This document shows, piece by piece, positions 1-10,116 of a stretch of 64,000 bases of DNA. The notes under the pieces were generated by a model. The model saw nothing but the letters and a program-made list of their open reading frames with translations. It did not search any database and was not told where the DNA came from. Location: assembly GCA_002269645.1 (NCBI GenBank), contig NIVC01000031.1, positions 930,001-994,000 of the forward strand, given 5' to 3'. The DNA comes from Macrostomum lignano. Taxonomy: Eukaryota. Within the stretch, counting starts at the first letter, position 1; each line of letters begins with the position of its first letter. The translations under genes were made by a program, and so were the position numbers.

Positions 1-803
1 GCCTGCCAGGTTGTCTGGTTGCAACAGACTTCTAAATGAGACTCGAAAGCATATGGGATCAAGCTCGGAAAAAATATTTTAGGATTTTGCTGAACGAACT
101 TAAGAAGCTGTTTTGGGTTTAATATTTCTCCTCACATCTATTTCTTCTACTCAAAATCATATGGTTGCTTATAGAACTTTTGGATGTCAACCCACACTTG
201 AAACATGTTTTAAACATTATAACTCTACACTAACTCAGAACAAAACGTGAATTTGTCAGGAATAAACTGAAAACTAAAAAGGATACGTTTTAGTAAAAGT
301 GATTTAATTACCATCAACATGCACAACACAGCCAGCTCAACTCACATGCGATAAAAGCAGAATTTAAAGTAGGATGGCCAATAGCACTAGATGTAACCAT
401 TACCTGTAACCATGTTGTTAAAAGCACCTGCAAAATTCGTTGCGTCGCCGCTTTTGGTAACTCAATAGACGCTAGCAGTCGACGCCACGAATTTATGTTT
501 ATTTCTGTGTATGGCTCGGGTACTCGACGCTTTTCGGTCAGGACGGCAGAAGCCATTTTTTCGCTCGTCGCCGGATTAGGGTAGCGAACAGGGAATTGCG
601 CCCAGGTAGATGTCTCGGACACAGCACATAGCAACCCGAGTATTAAGCCTTCATGGCAATATATTAACCTACTAGTTAAAGCTACCGTTTACAGGCCCAG
701 CGGCCTACTTACAAAGTTTAAAAGCTTGAAACTCCATTGTGGTCCAAAAGTGAGTCCTAGCAAGCAGTATGGAAGGGCGCAGATGCCAGATTAGCACCGC
801 AGA

Positions 804-1962
804 TGCCTGCGGTGCTAAAATGAGTGCCTGTGGCGCTAAAATGAGTGCCTACGGCGCTAAAATGAGTGCCTGTGGCGCTAAAATGAGTGCCTACGGCGCT
901 AAAATGAGTGCCTACGGCGCTAAAATGAGTGCCTGTGGCGCTAAAATGAGTGCCTACGGCGCTAAAATGAGTGCCTGTGGCGCTAAAATGAGTGCCTGTG
1001 GCGCTAAAATGAGTGCCTACGGCGCTAAAATGAGTGCCTGTGGCGCTAAAATGAGTGCCTACGGCGCTAAAATGAGTGCCTGTGGCGCTAAAATGAGTGC
1101 CTGTGGCGCTAAAATGAGTGCCTACGGCGCTAAAATGAGTGCCTGTGGCGCTAAAATGAGTGCCTACGGCGCTAAAATGAGTGCCTGCGGCGCTAAAATG
1201 AGTGCCTGCGGTGCTAAAATGAGTGCCTGCGGCGCTAAAATGAGTGCCTGCGGTGCTAAAATGAGTGCCTGCGGCGCTAAAATGAGTTCCTGCGGCGCTA
1301 AACTGAGTGCCTGCGGCGCTAAAATGAGTGCCTGCGGCGCTAAAATGAGTGCCTGCGGCGCTAAAATGAGTGCCTGCGGTGCTAAAATGAGTGCCTGCGG
1401 CGCTAAACTGAGTGCCTGCGGCGCTAAAATGAGTGTCTCCGGGGCTAAAATGAGTGCCTGCGGTGCTAAAATGAGTGCCTGCGGCGCTAAAATGAGTGCC
1501 TGCGGCGCTAAACTGAGTGCCTGCGGCGCTAAAATGAGTGCCTGCGGTGCTAAAATGAGTGCCTGCGGCGCTAAAATGAGTGCCTGCGGTGCTAAAATGA
1601 GTGCCTGCGGCGCTAAACTGAGTGCCTGCGGCGCTAAAATGAGTGTCTCCGGGGCTAAAATGAGTGCCTGCGGCGCTAAAATGAGTGCCTGCGGCGCTAA
1701 AATGAGTGCCTGCGGCGCTAAACTGAGTGCCTGCGGCGCTAAAATGAGTGCCTGCGGCGCTAAAATGAGTGCCTGCGGCGCTAAAATGAGTGCCTGCGGT
1801 GCTAAAATGAGTGCCTGCGGCGCCAAAATGAGTGCCTGTGGCGCTAAAATGAGTGCCTGTGGCGCTAAAATGAGTGCCTACGGCGCTAAAATGAGTGCCT
1901 GTGGCGCTAAAATGAGTGCCTGCGGTGCTAAAATGAGTGCCTGCGGCGCCAAAATGAGTGCC
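804..1962. repeat. 21-bp tandem minisatellite (GCCTGCGGCGCTAAAATGAGT)n, about 55 units
   Basis: Unit read directly. It accounts for the ORFs 757..1980, 769..2013 and 1164..1826. Confidence 0.97.
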
Positions 1963-3233
1963 AAAATTAGTCATGTACATGTTGAATTCTTGGCTTTGTC
2001 CCCCCTACCATAAAATCCATGGCGACGCCCCTGAAGGCAACTGCAGCGAGCTGCAGCCGAGGGGCCTTGGCGTGGGCCGAAAAGCATAGATACTGAAAGC
2101 AAGTCTTTTCCGCTCGCCGAGAAAAAACCTCCAGAAAATTTCTGGAGGAAAAAAACGAGCGGCTAGAGACAGACGAGTGCATTCAGTATATTATTAATTA
2201 GACGGAATTGAGAACTGTTTGAGTTGTCTTAGTGCAAAGTCGGTAGCAGTGAGAGATTCAAGAATCAGGTGAATATAGCAGTTCAGTGCATCGTGATTTC
2301 AGGACAGAAACAGCAAAACTTGTAGAAAACTACCTCTTGTTTATGAAAACTAAGCTACGCTCGTAATAGAAGAAAATAACAAATCTTGAGTAAAACTGAC
2401 GCAATGATTTTAAATCGCTTGGGTTTCAAGTTATGAACTTTAAAACGCACACACACTACTAGTGATGAGAAGCTAGTAGCTAGATAGATTTAGAGTTACA
2501 TAATTCCGATGTCTTGCACTACCAGAAATGTTCCCATTTCTAAATGTATTAGGTATTTAAATTGACAAATGGTGCATGGAATGCATTGGTTAAACCAGAA
2601 AAGAACTGCAGATAGTGATTACATTGATTAGTGCCCACTGCCCACCCCAGAAGACGAACGCAGCAAGCTCAAGAGCAGCAAATGGCGCAGGAACAGCGAG
2701 GAGGTCAGGGAAGGCTGCCATGCACTCCCCCCCCGTATATTTCAGACCGATTACGAGAAAATATTCAAGCATTATTGACAACAGTTAGAACGGATCAAAG
2801 CAGGATTAAAAGAGTGACAGGATACGAAAAAAAATTTTTTTTTCAATTGCAATGCGACAGCGAGGCCAAAGAGCCAACCGCGGGGTATAAAACCCCCGCC
2901 ACGCAACCCCCCCCCCCAACACCGGGGGTGGGGGAAGCCGCGGGGAGGGGCAGGGGTGGGCAGCGTACACAAACGCCAGTTAGCGCAGCCCGCGCAAACT
3001 AGCCATTAGTGCCCACTGCCCACCCCAGAAGACGAACGCAGCAAGCTCAAGAGCAGCAAATGGCGCAGGAACAGCGAGGAGGTCAGGGAAGGCTGCCATG
3101 CACTCCCCCCAAACACCAAAAGCAGCAAGAAAACAGACTAGAGCAAAAGCAGACCAAGCAGAGGCAAGCAAAAGCGGACAAGCAAACAAAAAAGGAGCCC
3201 AAAACCTTTCTTCAAAAAAAACCGCGAAACACG

Positions 3234-4210
3234 TCAGGTTTGGTCAAGCGCCGCAACAGCAAGCTTGCGCGCCGCACGCAGAGCCGTGTCATCGCGGGAC
3301 AGGTAGACGCTCACTGCGTCGCTGCGCCAGTCACCCACGCACTGGATCTCCCGCACTGACAGGCCGCACCGGGCCGCCCAGGTGGCGGCGCCTCGCAGCA
3401 GGCTATGCACAGAAAACCCGGCCGCCGGCACTCCCGCCTTGCCGAGCCACGACCTGAACTGTACATCGAGCCTCCGAGACGTCAGAGATGCGTGACCGGA
3501 CGATCCACTGCTGAATGAAAACAGGCCCTGCTGCCGCCGCTTCAGCCGGTTGCAGCGCAGGTGGCCTCGCAGTGCCGCCACTGGACAGAGCGGGTGGCCC
3601 GAAGTCAACTCTGGCAGCAGCACGCGATGCGTCCGGCCGTACTGGTTGGTCTTCCCGAAGCTGGACGTCAGAAGCAGGCCTTCGGGGCATCTTGCCAGCG
3701 ATCTCAGTCGCAGCACTGGCGGATCGGCGCGCCCTCGCGGCAGCAGGCTGGACTTCCTGAACATCCCCCACCAAGCGCACATGACCGCAGCCCAGCAGGC
3801 CGCCTGCACAGGATTCGAGCTGTCGACTTGCAGCCGCAGTCTCGACAAAAGGTCTGGCGACACCGGCAGCTTGCGACTCGGCTCCGACCCCAGCCCGCGC
3901 TTGGCTCCCCGCAGAACCAGGTGCAGCAGCGGGTGCCTGGTCAGGTCCGGCACTCCCGCCAGTCGGAAACTGGCGGACAGAGCGCTGATATGCACGCGGA
4001 CGCTGCCGAAGGAGCTGAGCCGGCCGTCCACGAGCTGGCCGACGTAGTTTGCGAGATCCTCCGCCCGACAGCCGAGTGGGTCGAGCCGCCGCTCTCGGCA
4101 GAAGCGTTGCCAGGAGCGGACAGCAGATGACAGCGACCTCTTGGACGATGATGCGTAGGCCTGCTGGAGCAGTTTGGCGGCGGCAGCGTCGAGAGACCCA
4201 GGGAGGCGAC
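3234..4210 (-). CDS. Ngaro ORF3 tyrosine recombinase; open frame extends upstream of the tracked GTG start to 4210
   Basis: WGMFRKSSL (R), FGKTNQ (K), HSLLRGAAT, GDWRS and SVYL (Y) motifs. The frame is open from 4210 with no ATG ahead of the domain. Confidence 0.92.
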
Positions 4211-5913
4211 CTATAAAAAAAGAAAGGCGGCGGAGGCAGGGCTAAGCGCATGTCCCGCAAATTCATGCGGGCAAACAGAGGCGGTTGCATAGGCTCGCAA
4301 CAGAAAATTCAGCAACTCCTGCCGGCAATGCAGGCGGGAGGCGGCGTCGGCAAACAGCTGAAACCGGCCGGGCACATGGTGGGCGGTGACCACAATGTTC
4401 TGCTTTAGGCACAGCAGAGCAACAGTCTGCAGCAGCCGCAACAGCCGGGGCTCCCTGGATGACCCCTTGTTGATAATCGCGCAGGCTGCAGCATTGTCGC
4501 AGTAGACAGCGATCCGGCAGTTGTGCAGTTGACGGCGCCAGTGCAGCAACGCCAGCAGCACCGCGGCAGCCTCCTTGTAGTTGATGCAGCAATCGCTGAA
4601 CTCGCTCCCAGCGTCGACTTCCCACTGCAGATAGCACCAGTCAGAACCAGCCGGATCTCTCAGAACAGCCGCTGCCCCACCAGACAGGCGTCCGTCTCCA
4701 TGGCAACCGGCCTCCTGGCAGCAGGCCAGAGCTCGCGACCTGGCTGCTGCCGCAGAGCAACTTTCCACCAGCTCAGGACGCTCTTGAACTGGCCATCCAC
4801 CAACAGCCGATCCTTCGGGCTCGACAAGTCGTTGACGCGGTCGATCAGGTCTCGCAGAAACGGCCGGCCGTTGCAGACCACCTGACAGGCCCAGTTGAGC
4901 CTGCCCACCAGCTTCTGCAACTCGTGCTTGGAGATCCGCCGCTTTGTGCAGCAGAGGTCAAGGCAGGCCTGCAGCTCCTCGACCTTCGTCTCTGGCAGAC
5001 TCATCAGCCCCGACTGCGTGTTGAACTGAATGCCCAGAAAGCACATCTCCTGCGTCGGCTGCACGCACTTCTTCCAGTTGACAGTCAGGCCCAGGCTCTG
5101 CAGCAGCTGCGTCAGCTTGTTGTAAAAGCGCCAGCACTCAGTCAGCGAACCCGCGAAGCCGAAGTCGTCCATGTAGACCTCGAAGTTGAAGAACCTGCGC
5201 TTGAGCATCATAAACCGAATGGCGTTGCTGATCTGGAAAAAGCTGCTCACGGATGCTGCCGCTCCGAACGGCAGCCGGGTGTCCACCATGTAGGTCGGCT
5301 CCGCCTCGCCCTCGAACGTGAACTTCAGACCGGTGAGGCAGTGGTCGTCCGGGTGAATGCCGCAAGACCGGTAGGCCTGGCTCAGGTCAACTTTACACAT
5401 GTACATGTCCTGGCGCAGCTTCCTGGCAAAGGCAGCCGCCGAAGAAAACCGAAGCTTCTGCTGGCAAGCAAACAAATCATTGACGGCCCGACCCTGGGGC
5501 TGGCTGCAGTCATGGATGAGCCGGATGCCGCCCCCGGACTTCGGAATGGCGCCCAGCGCGCTCACAATAGTCGGCTTGGCGCTAACGCGATATCTTCCAG
5601 CTTGCAGTTCCCGGCGGACTTGGGCCTGAACCTCGACTCGATGCTGACCGATGGAGCCGTAGTTCTCCTGCTCGACAGAGTCCACCGGACTGCTGACGTT
5701 CCTGATGCGGAAACCGTCCTTCACACCGCTCAAAACGAACTGCGCGAGCTTCGTTGGCATCTCCGTGTCGGCCAGCTCGAGGCGCCAGGCTTCAAGGCGC
5801 AAGTCGGTGGAGAGGGTCCCGCTTGAGTCGCCCTCCTTTTGGGGTTCGACAGAAGCAGCGGCAGGGGCGGGCGACTCGATGTTAAGAGACCCCTGCCGCT
5901 GAACCCCGTCCAT
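4211..5913 (-). CDS. Ngaro ORF2 reverse transcriptase + RNase H, broken by a 1-nt frameshift at about 4676
   Basis: RLIHDCS, KVDLSQAY, RLPFG, YMDD, FLGI in ORF 4660..5913. ETDAC, YKEAAAVL, YCDN and ADAASR (RNase H) continue in ORF 4211..4768. Confidence 0.92.
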
Positions 5914-6944
5914 CAGTTTTTTGCCGCCTGGCCGCCCTCCGCTCTGTGGAAGGAGGCCTCCGAGTGCGCCTGGCCGCAGCGCCTACAACTGTGTGCGAAA
6001 CGACACGGGTTGCGCTGGCAGCCGGACACCTTGTTGAAGTCGAAGCAGACCGTTCGCTTTGCTGATGACCTGCCCGCTGAGCCGGCCTGCAGTTGAAGAT
6101 TCGGAGCCATCAGGTGTGCCGCCACCAGACCCAGGTCGGTCACCGAGCTGTCCCAGGCGCCGGCCTCAGCCTGCTGCGCTCTGTACTCATCATCATAGCG
6201 CAAAACGCGGCCGCGGTCGAATCCGAGATCGAGGAGGTCGCCAATTTTTGCCGTGTGCTTCAGGTACTCCAGCAGCTCCGACATGTCGATAGCGCCATCA
6301 CGGAGGACGAGGAGTCTGCCGTCCTTCAGCATCTGCATCAGCGCGTTGGCGTTTCCGGTGATCCAGTCGCCAACCGAGAGGCTGTCCAGGGCGGCCTGCT
6401 TGCTGGCTTGACTTGACTTGTTCAGCGCCAGCCGCTTGCGAGCGCTGATGAACTCCGGCACCCGGTACGCATTCGGGTGCTGCTGCCCCGCCTGCTGCAC
6501 CTCATCCGGCACTCTGACAGTAGGTCCCAGCACTAAATCCTCAAGGCTTGAGTACTCACCGGGCACTGAGGCATTTGCAGGTCGCCGCTGCGGCTCATCG
6601 GCACGGCGGTCCAGCTGACGGATCTCGGCTTCCAGGCGCGCTTGGTCCCGACGAATTGTCAGCAAGCGCAGCTGCTTCTCTGCCTCCCGCAGGTCCCGGT
6701 CCAGGTCGCCAGTCCCGTGGGTCCCTCCTGCCGCCTCGCCGCCGCCGACCGCCGCCGTCCCGTCGTCGGGCCCTCGCTTTCTCGATGGATTGCTGGTGTC
6801 CGATTCATCGATGGGTCCCGTGTCCACTGAGCCTTGAGACTGCAGAAGTCTCTCCAATAGGGTGCGCTTGTTGCCTACGGTTTGCAAGCCTTTAGCACGC
6901 AAGGCCATGCGCAGTTCTCTTACCGTCAGAGAATCGTGTGACAT
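5913..6944 (-). CDS. Ngaro ORF1 (Gag-like), 343 aa, with N-terminal SAP domain and C-terminal Cys/His zinc finger
   Basis: SLTVRELRMALRAKGLQTVGNKRTLLERL fits the SAP pattern; CFDFNKVSGCQRNPCRFAHSCRRCGQAH at the C-terminus. Confidence 0.88.
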   Translation of the reverse strand: MSHDSLTVRELRMALRAKGLQTVGNKRTLLERLLQSQGSVDTGPIDESDTSNPSRKRGPDDGTAAVGGGEAAGGTHGTGDLDRDLREAEKQLRLLTIRRDQARLEAEIRQLDRRADEPQRRPANASVPGEYSSLEDLVLGPTVRVPDEVQQAGQQHPNAYRVPEFISARKRLALNKSSQASKQAALDSLSVGDWITGNANALMQMLKDGRLLVLRDGAIDMSELLEYLKHTAKIGDLLDLGFDRGRVLRYDDEYRAQQAEAGAWDSSVTDLGLVAAHLMAPNLQLQAGSAGRSSAKRTVCFDFNKVSGCQRNPCRFAHSCRRCGQAHSEASFHRAEGGQAAKN

Positions 6945-7333
6945 GACTCAGCAGCAAAAAAAAAATAGCGCAATGCGACAGCGAGGCCTGCGACAGCGAT
7001 TTTTTTCAATCGCAATGCGACAGCGAGGCCAAAGAGCCAATCGCGGGGTATAAAACCCCCCGCCACGCAACCCCCCCCCCAACACCGGGGGTGGGGGGAA
7101 GCCGCGGGGGAGGGGCAGGGGTGGGCAGCGTACACAAACGCCAGTTAGCGCAGCCCGCGCAAACTAGCCAGAAAAGCCAACTAATCAAATTCATTGTCCT
7201 TAATTTTATAACCCAACCCCGACTATATTGCTTAGTAACTTAGTGGTAAGAAGAATAAGCGGTATTGATCAGTAACCATCCAAGTTAAAACACGACTGGC
7301 CAAGATTCACTTCATCAAGCGGTTGCAGTGCCA

Positions 7334-8720
7334 TCAGGTGCCCGAGTCGCAGGCGGCTGAGGCCGAGTCCAGCAGGACGGACACGAAGCCCTGGTCACCA
7401 GGCCAGGTGCCGCCGAACGCGCAACCGCCACTGCAGAAGGAGCCGCCGCCTCCGCCGCTGTGGCCGAAGTTTAGTCCAGCTCCGCCTCCGCTGAAGCCGC
7501 CGCCGGCTCCAGGGGCACCTTTCAGTGAGCCGGTCCTGCTGCCGCCTCCGCCGCCTCCGCCGAAGCCTCCATGGCAGACGCTGCCGTCTCCGGCGCTGCC
7601 GCCGACCCAGCCGTCGGCCAGACTGCCGCCTCTCTCTCCGTCCGAGGAGTTCCGTCTGGGGTTGACGGCCCTGCCGAGCCAGCCGGCGCCGCAGCCGCCG
7701 TGGGTTCCATCAGGGTGGGTGTTAGCGGGGTTGTTGGAGCCCGGCTGACCGTTCGTGCCGCCGAATCCCGCCAAGGACATATAGCCACCCAGACTGTTGG
7801 AACCGTTGATCCCGATCTCTCCCGGTTGTCCTACGGTGAAATCAATCAAACTGCTGATCTGATTGTTTTTTATTCTTAACTTTTACAATGTAAGCAACGG
7901 CAGCTACTGAGCTCACCATTTCTACTCCAGGAAGCTCCGCCACCTCCGCCGGCAGCCAGCAGCAGCAGCTGGTCGCCTGTCCGGTACACGAAGCTCCCGC
8001 CGCCTCCGCCGCCTCCCTCAAACTCCAAGGAGGTCGAGCCGCCCATCTGGCCCACAACGATGCTCAGCTGGGTGCCGGCTGTCAGGTTGACTCTGGCGCT
8101 CACCTGGGCTCCCTGGCCTCCGGATGTGTTCGTCATTAAGTTGTCGCCACCTCTGGCGCCGGCAGCTTTGTTCAGGTAGCAGCCGGTCGTGTTGATGAGG
8201 ACGCTTTGGATTGAGCCGTTTCTGCCTGTGCTGCTGTCTGCAATGGAAAAGCGTCAGCGAGTTACAAAACTGGAGTGAGTGCAATTTCTGTCTGTAAAAA
8301 TCATGTCAACCACCCACGACTATGCATTGATGACTCACTCCGAAGCTGCACTGCAGGCGAAGGCCAGTCGCTGTCGTCCGCCTTCCACACCTTTGCACCG
8401 GCCTGAGATCCGATGATTTGCTGCACCTGATCTGCTGAGATTGACAGCTTGGCGGTTGTTATGGTGATCATCTCGCACGTAGCATTGCTCTCCACTGAGA
8501 CGCAGCGCTGCAGCTCACCCTCTGGCACATTATTAGACAGTCGGTTGCATCAGTGGCCTCGGTTGTTGTCGTGACGTTGTTGTAGGCGTTCAGAACGGCT
8601 TCCAGCATCTGAAGCTGCTGCTCTGAGCACACAGAATAGATCCGCAAACTTGTGGTGCCTTGTACTCGAAGCACGAGCGAGCAGCAAACTGCGTTGGTGC
8701 AATGGGTGGTCAGCAATGAA
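7334..8720 (-). pseudogene. PAN/apple-like + ALK/LTK-type glycine-rich protein, paralog 1. Exons about 8720-8339 (frameshift near 8500), 8237-7917 and 7830-7334
   Basis: GARGGDN...LTAGTQLSIVVGQ...GGGGGGGSFV...LLAAGGGGG and GGFGGGGGG...GGGFSGG...GGGGGSF. GT-AG phase-1 junctions match paralog 2. The start codon is unclear. Confidence 0.75.
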
Positions 8721-9534
8721 CAGCATGCATTGAATAACTGTAGGCAGCAGATTTTCAGTCAGAGTGGCAGTCACTTACCAAATAGGAAAAGTAATTGTAA
8801 AGACACAACTTTATCAACCATGCTAGCTCCAGTGATAACTCGTTTTTTGGCCTTCAATTTCACTTGCAATTTTTCTTAAAAAGATTGTTAGATAGCTTTT
8901 TTACCTGTCTTGTGACTGCTGAAAACACCAATCAATTCCTTGGTTGTGTAGTGAGTTCTGTATAAATACTCGCAGGCAGGAAACAGAGTGCGTTCGCTGC
9001 TACTTGTCTGGGAGCTGCTTTTGAGCAGACGCTAGCTAGAGATTAAATCAAGTAGACGTGAAAGGTAGTCTGAACAAAGGCGGGTTTGCAGCCGATTCCA
9101 GACATGAGCTGTCCTCGTGGCGCAGGAGCTTTGTCTATCGACGATTCTTATCGATGAAATCGATGCTTTCTGCAGGAGTTTTCTAAATAATAAAAACTAT
9201 ACTCGTAAAACGGTTGTCGTCGTCTCAGATGCTTTGGGGGGGGGGGCTTTATGCCGCGCGAGGCTGCTCTGCCTTGCTCAATTTTATTCAATTTATCCAA
9301 CTTTAATTTTTCCCCTTTCATCCACCGTTGTTTCTAATCACTATCGTATTGAGCGCATCAAAATGCATTTCGATCTACCGAAAGGTCCTGCTGTCGGCAG
9401 ATTTTGCAATGGGACTGATAACCAGCAGCTTTTATGCATTTACTGGAAACGAGATTTGACTTTCAAATTACACACGAGACAGTCGCTTAAAAAATCAGAT
9501 AGATGAGATACCTGCTTCCGCGGACTTAAAGATG

Positions 9535-9886
9535 ACATCATGCACAATCAGATAGATGAGATCATGCACAATCAGATAGATGAGATCATGCACAACCAGA
9601 TAGATGAGATCATGCACAATCAGATAGATGAGATCATGCACAATCAGATTGATGAGATCATGTACAATAAGATTGATGAGAGCATGCACAATCAGATAGA
9701 TGAGATCATGTACAATCAAATAGATGAGATCATGCACAATCAGATAGATGAGATCATGCAAAATCAGATAGATGAGATCATGCACAATCAGATAGATGAG
9801 ATCATGCACAATCAAATAGATGGGATCATGTACAATCAGATAGATGAGATCATTCACAGTCAGATAGATGGGATCATGTACAATCA
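9535..9886. repeat. 24-bp minisatellite (ATGCACAATCAGATAGATGAGATC)n, left part
   Basis: Unit read directly; interrupted by the gypsy element. Confidence 0.95.
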
Positions 9887-10116
9887 AGTAAGACCGTGGG
9901 TTGAATTGCAGAGAATCAAAACGTGAGGAGACCTCACTGGCTCACGCCAATATATTTATTGCCAAAGTTGGGGTGGGTGTAACCACCCTAAGCACGCACA
10001 CGCCGCAGCGCTAAACCCCAACCCCCAAACCAGCCAGACGTGCACATCTAAGTGCACGCGCACCAACAAGCCAGACTACACTACTTTCCCCCTAGAAGCA
10101 AAAGACAGTTCCAGAG

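Larger units (their letters stand above)
2627..7170 (-). mobile_element. Ngaro-type (DIRS order) tyrosine-recombinase retrotransposon, full length, with split direct repeats
   Basis: gag, RT/RNase H and YR ORFs on the minus strand. Repeat A at about 7000-7170 and 2837-3005; repeat B at 3005-3110 and 2627-2732 (A1-ORFs-B1-A2-B2). No methyltransferase domain seen. Confidence 0.93.

Noticed and set aside
314-634. 106-aa ORF, possibly an exon
   Set aside because: No recognisable motif or supported splice partner.
757-2013. Long repetitive ORFs on both strands (CGAKMSA and GTHFSAA repeats)
   Set aside because: Stop-free 21-bp unit; variants are not codon-constrained and there is no gene context.
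3403-5826. Overlapping and antisense ORFs in the Ngaro element (3403..4290, 4924..5826 and others)
   Set aside because: Expected by-products of GC-rich coding sequence; no domains.
6917-6930. Strong donor ACG|GTAAGA after Gag codon 7 as the YR splice donor
   Set aside because: Phase 0; joining it to the 4210 acceptor is out of frame with YR.
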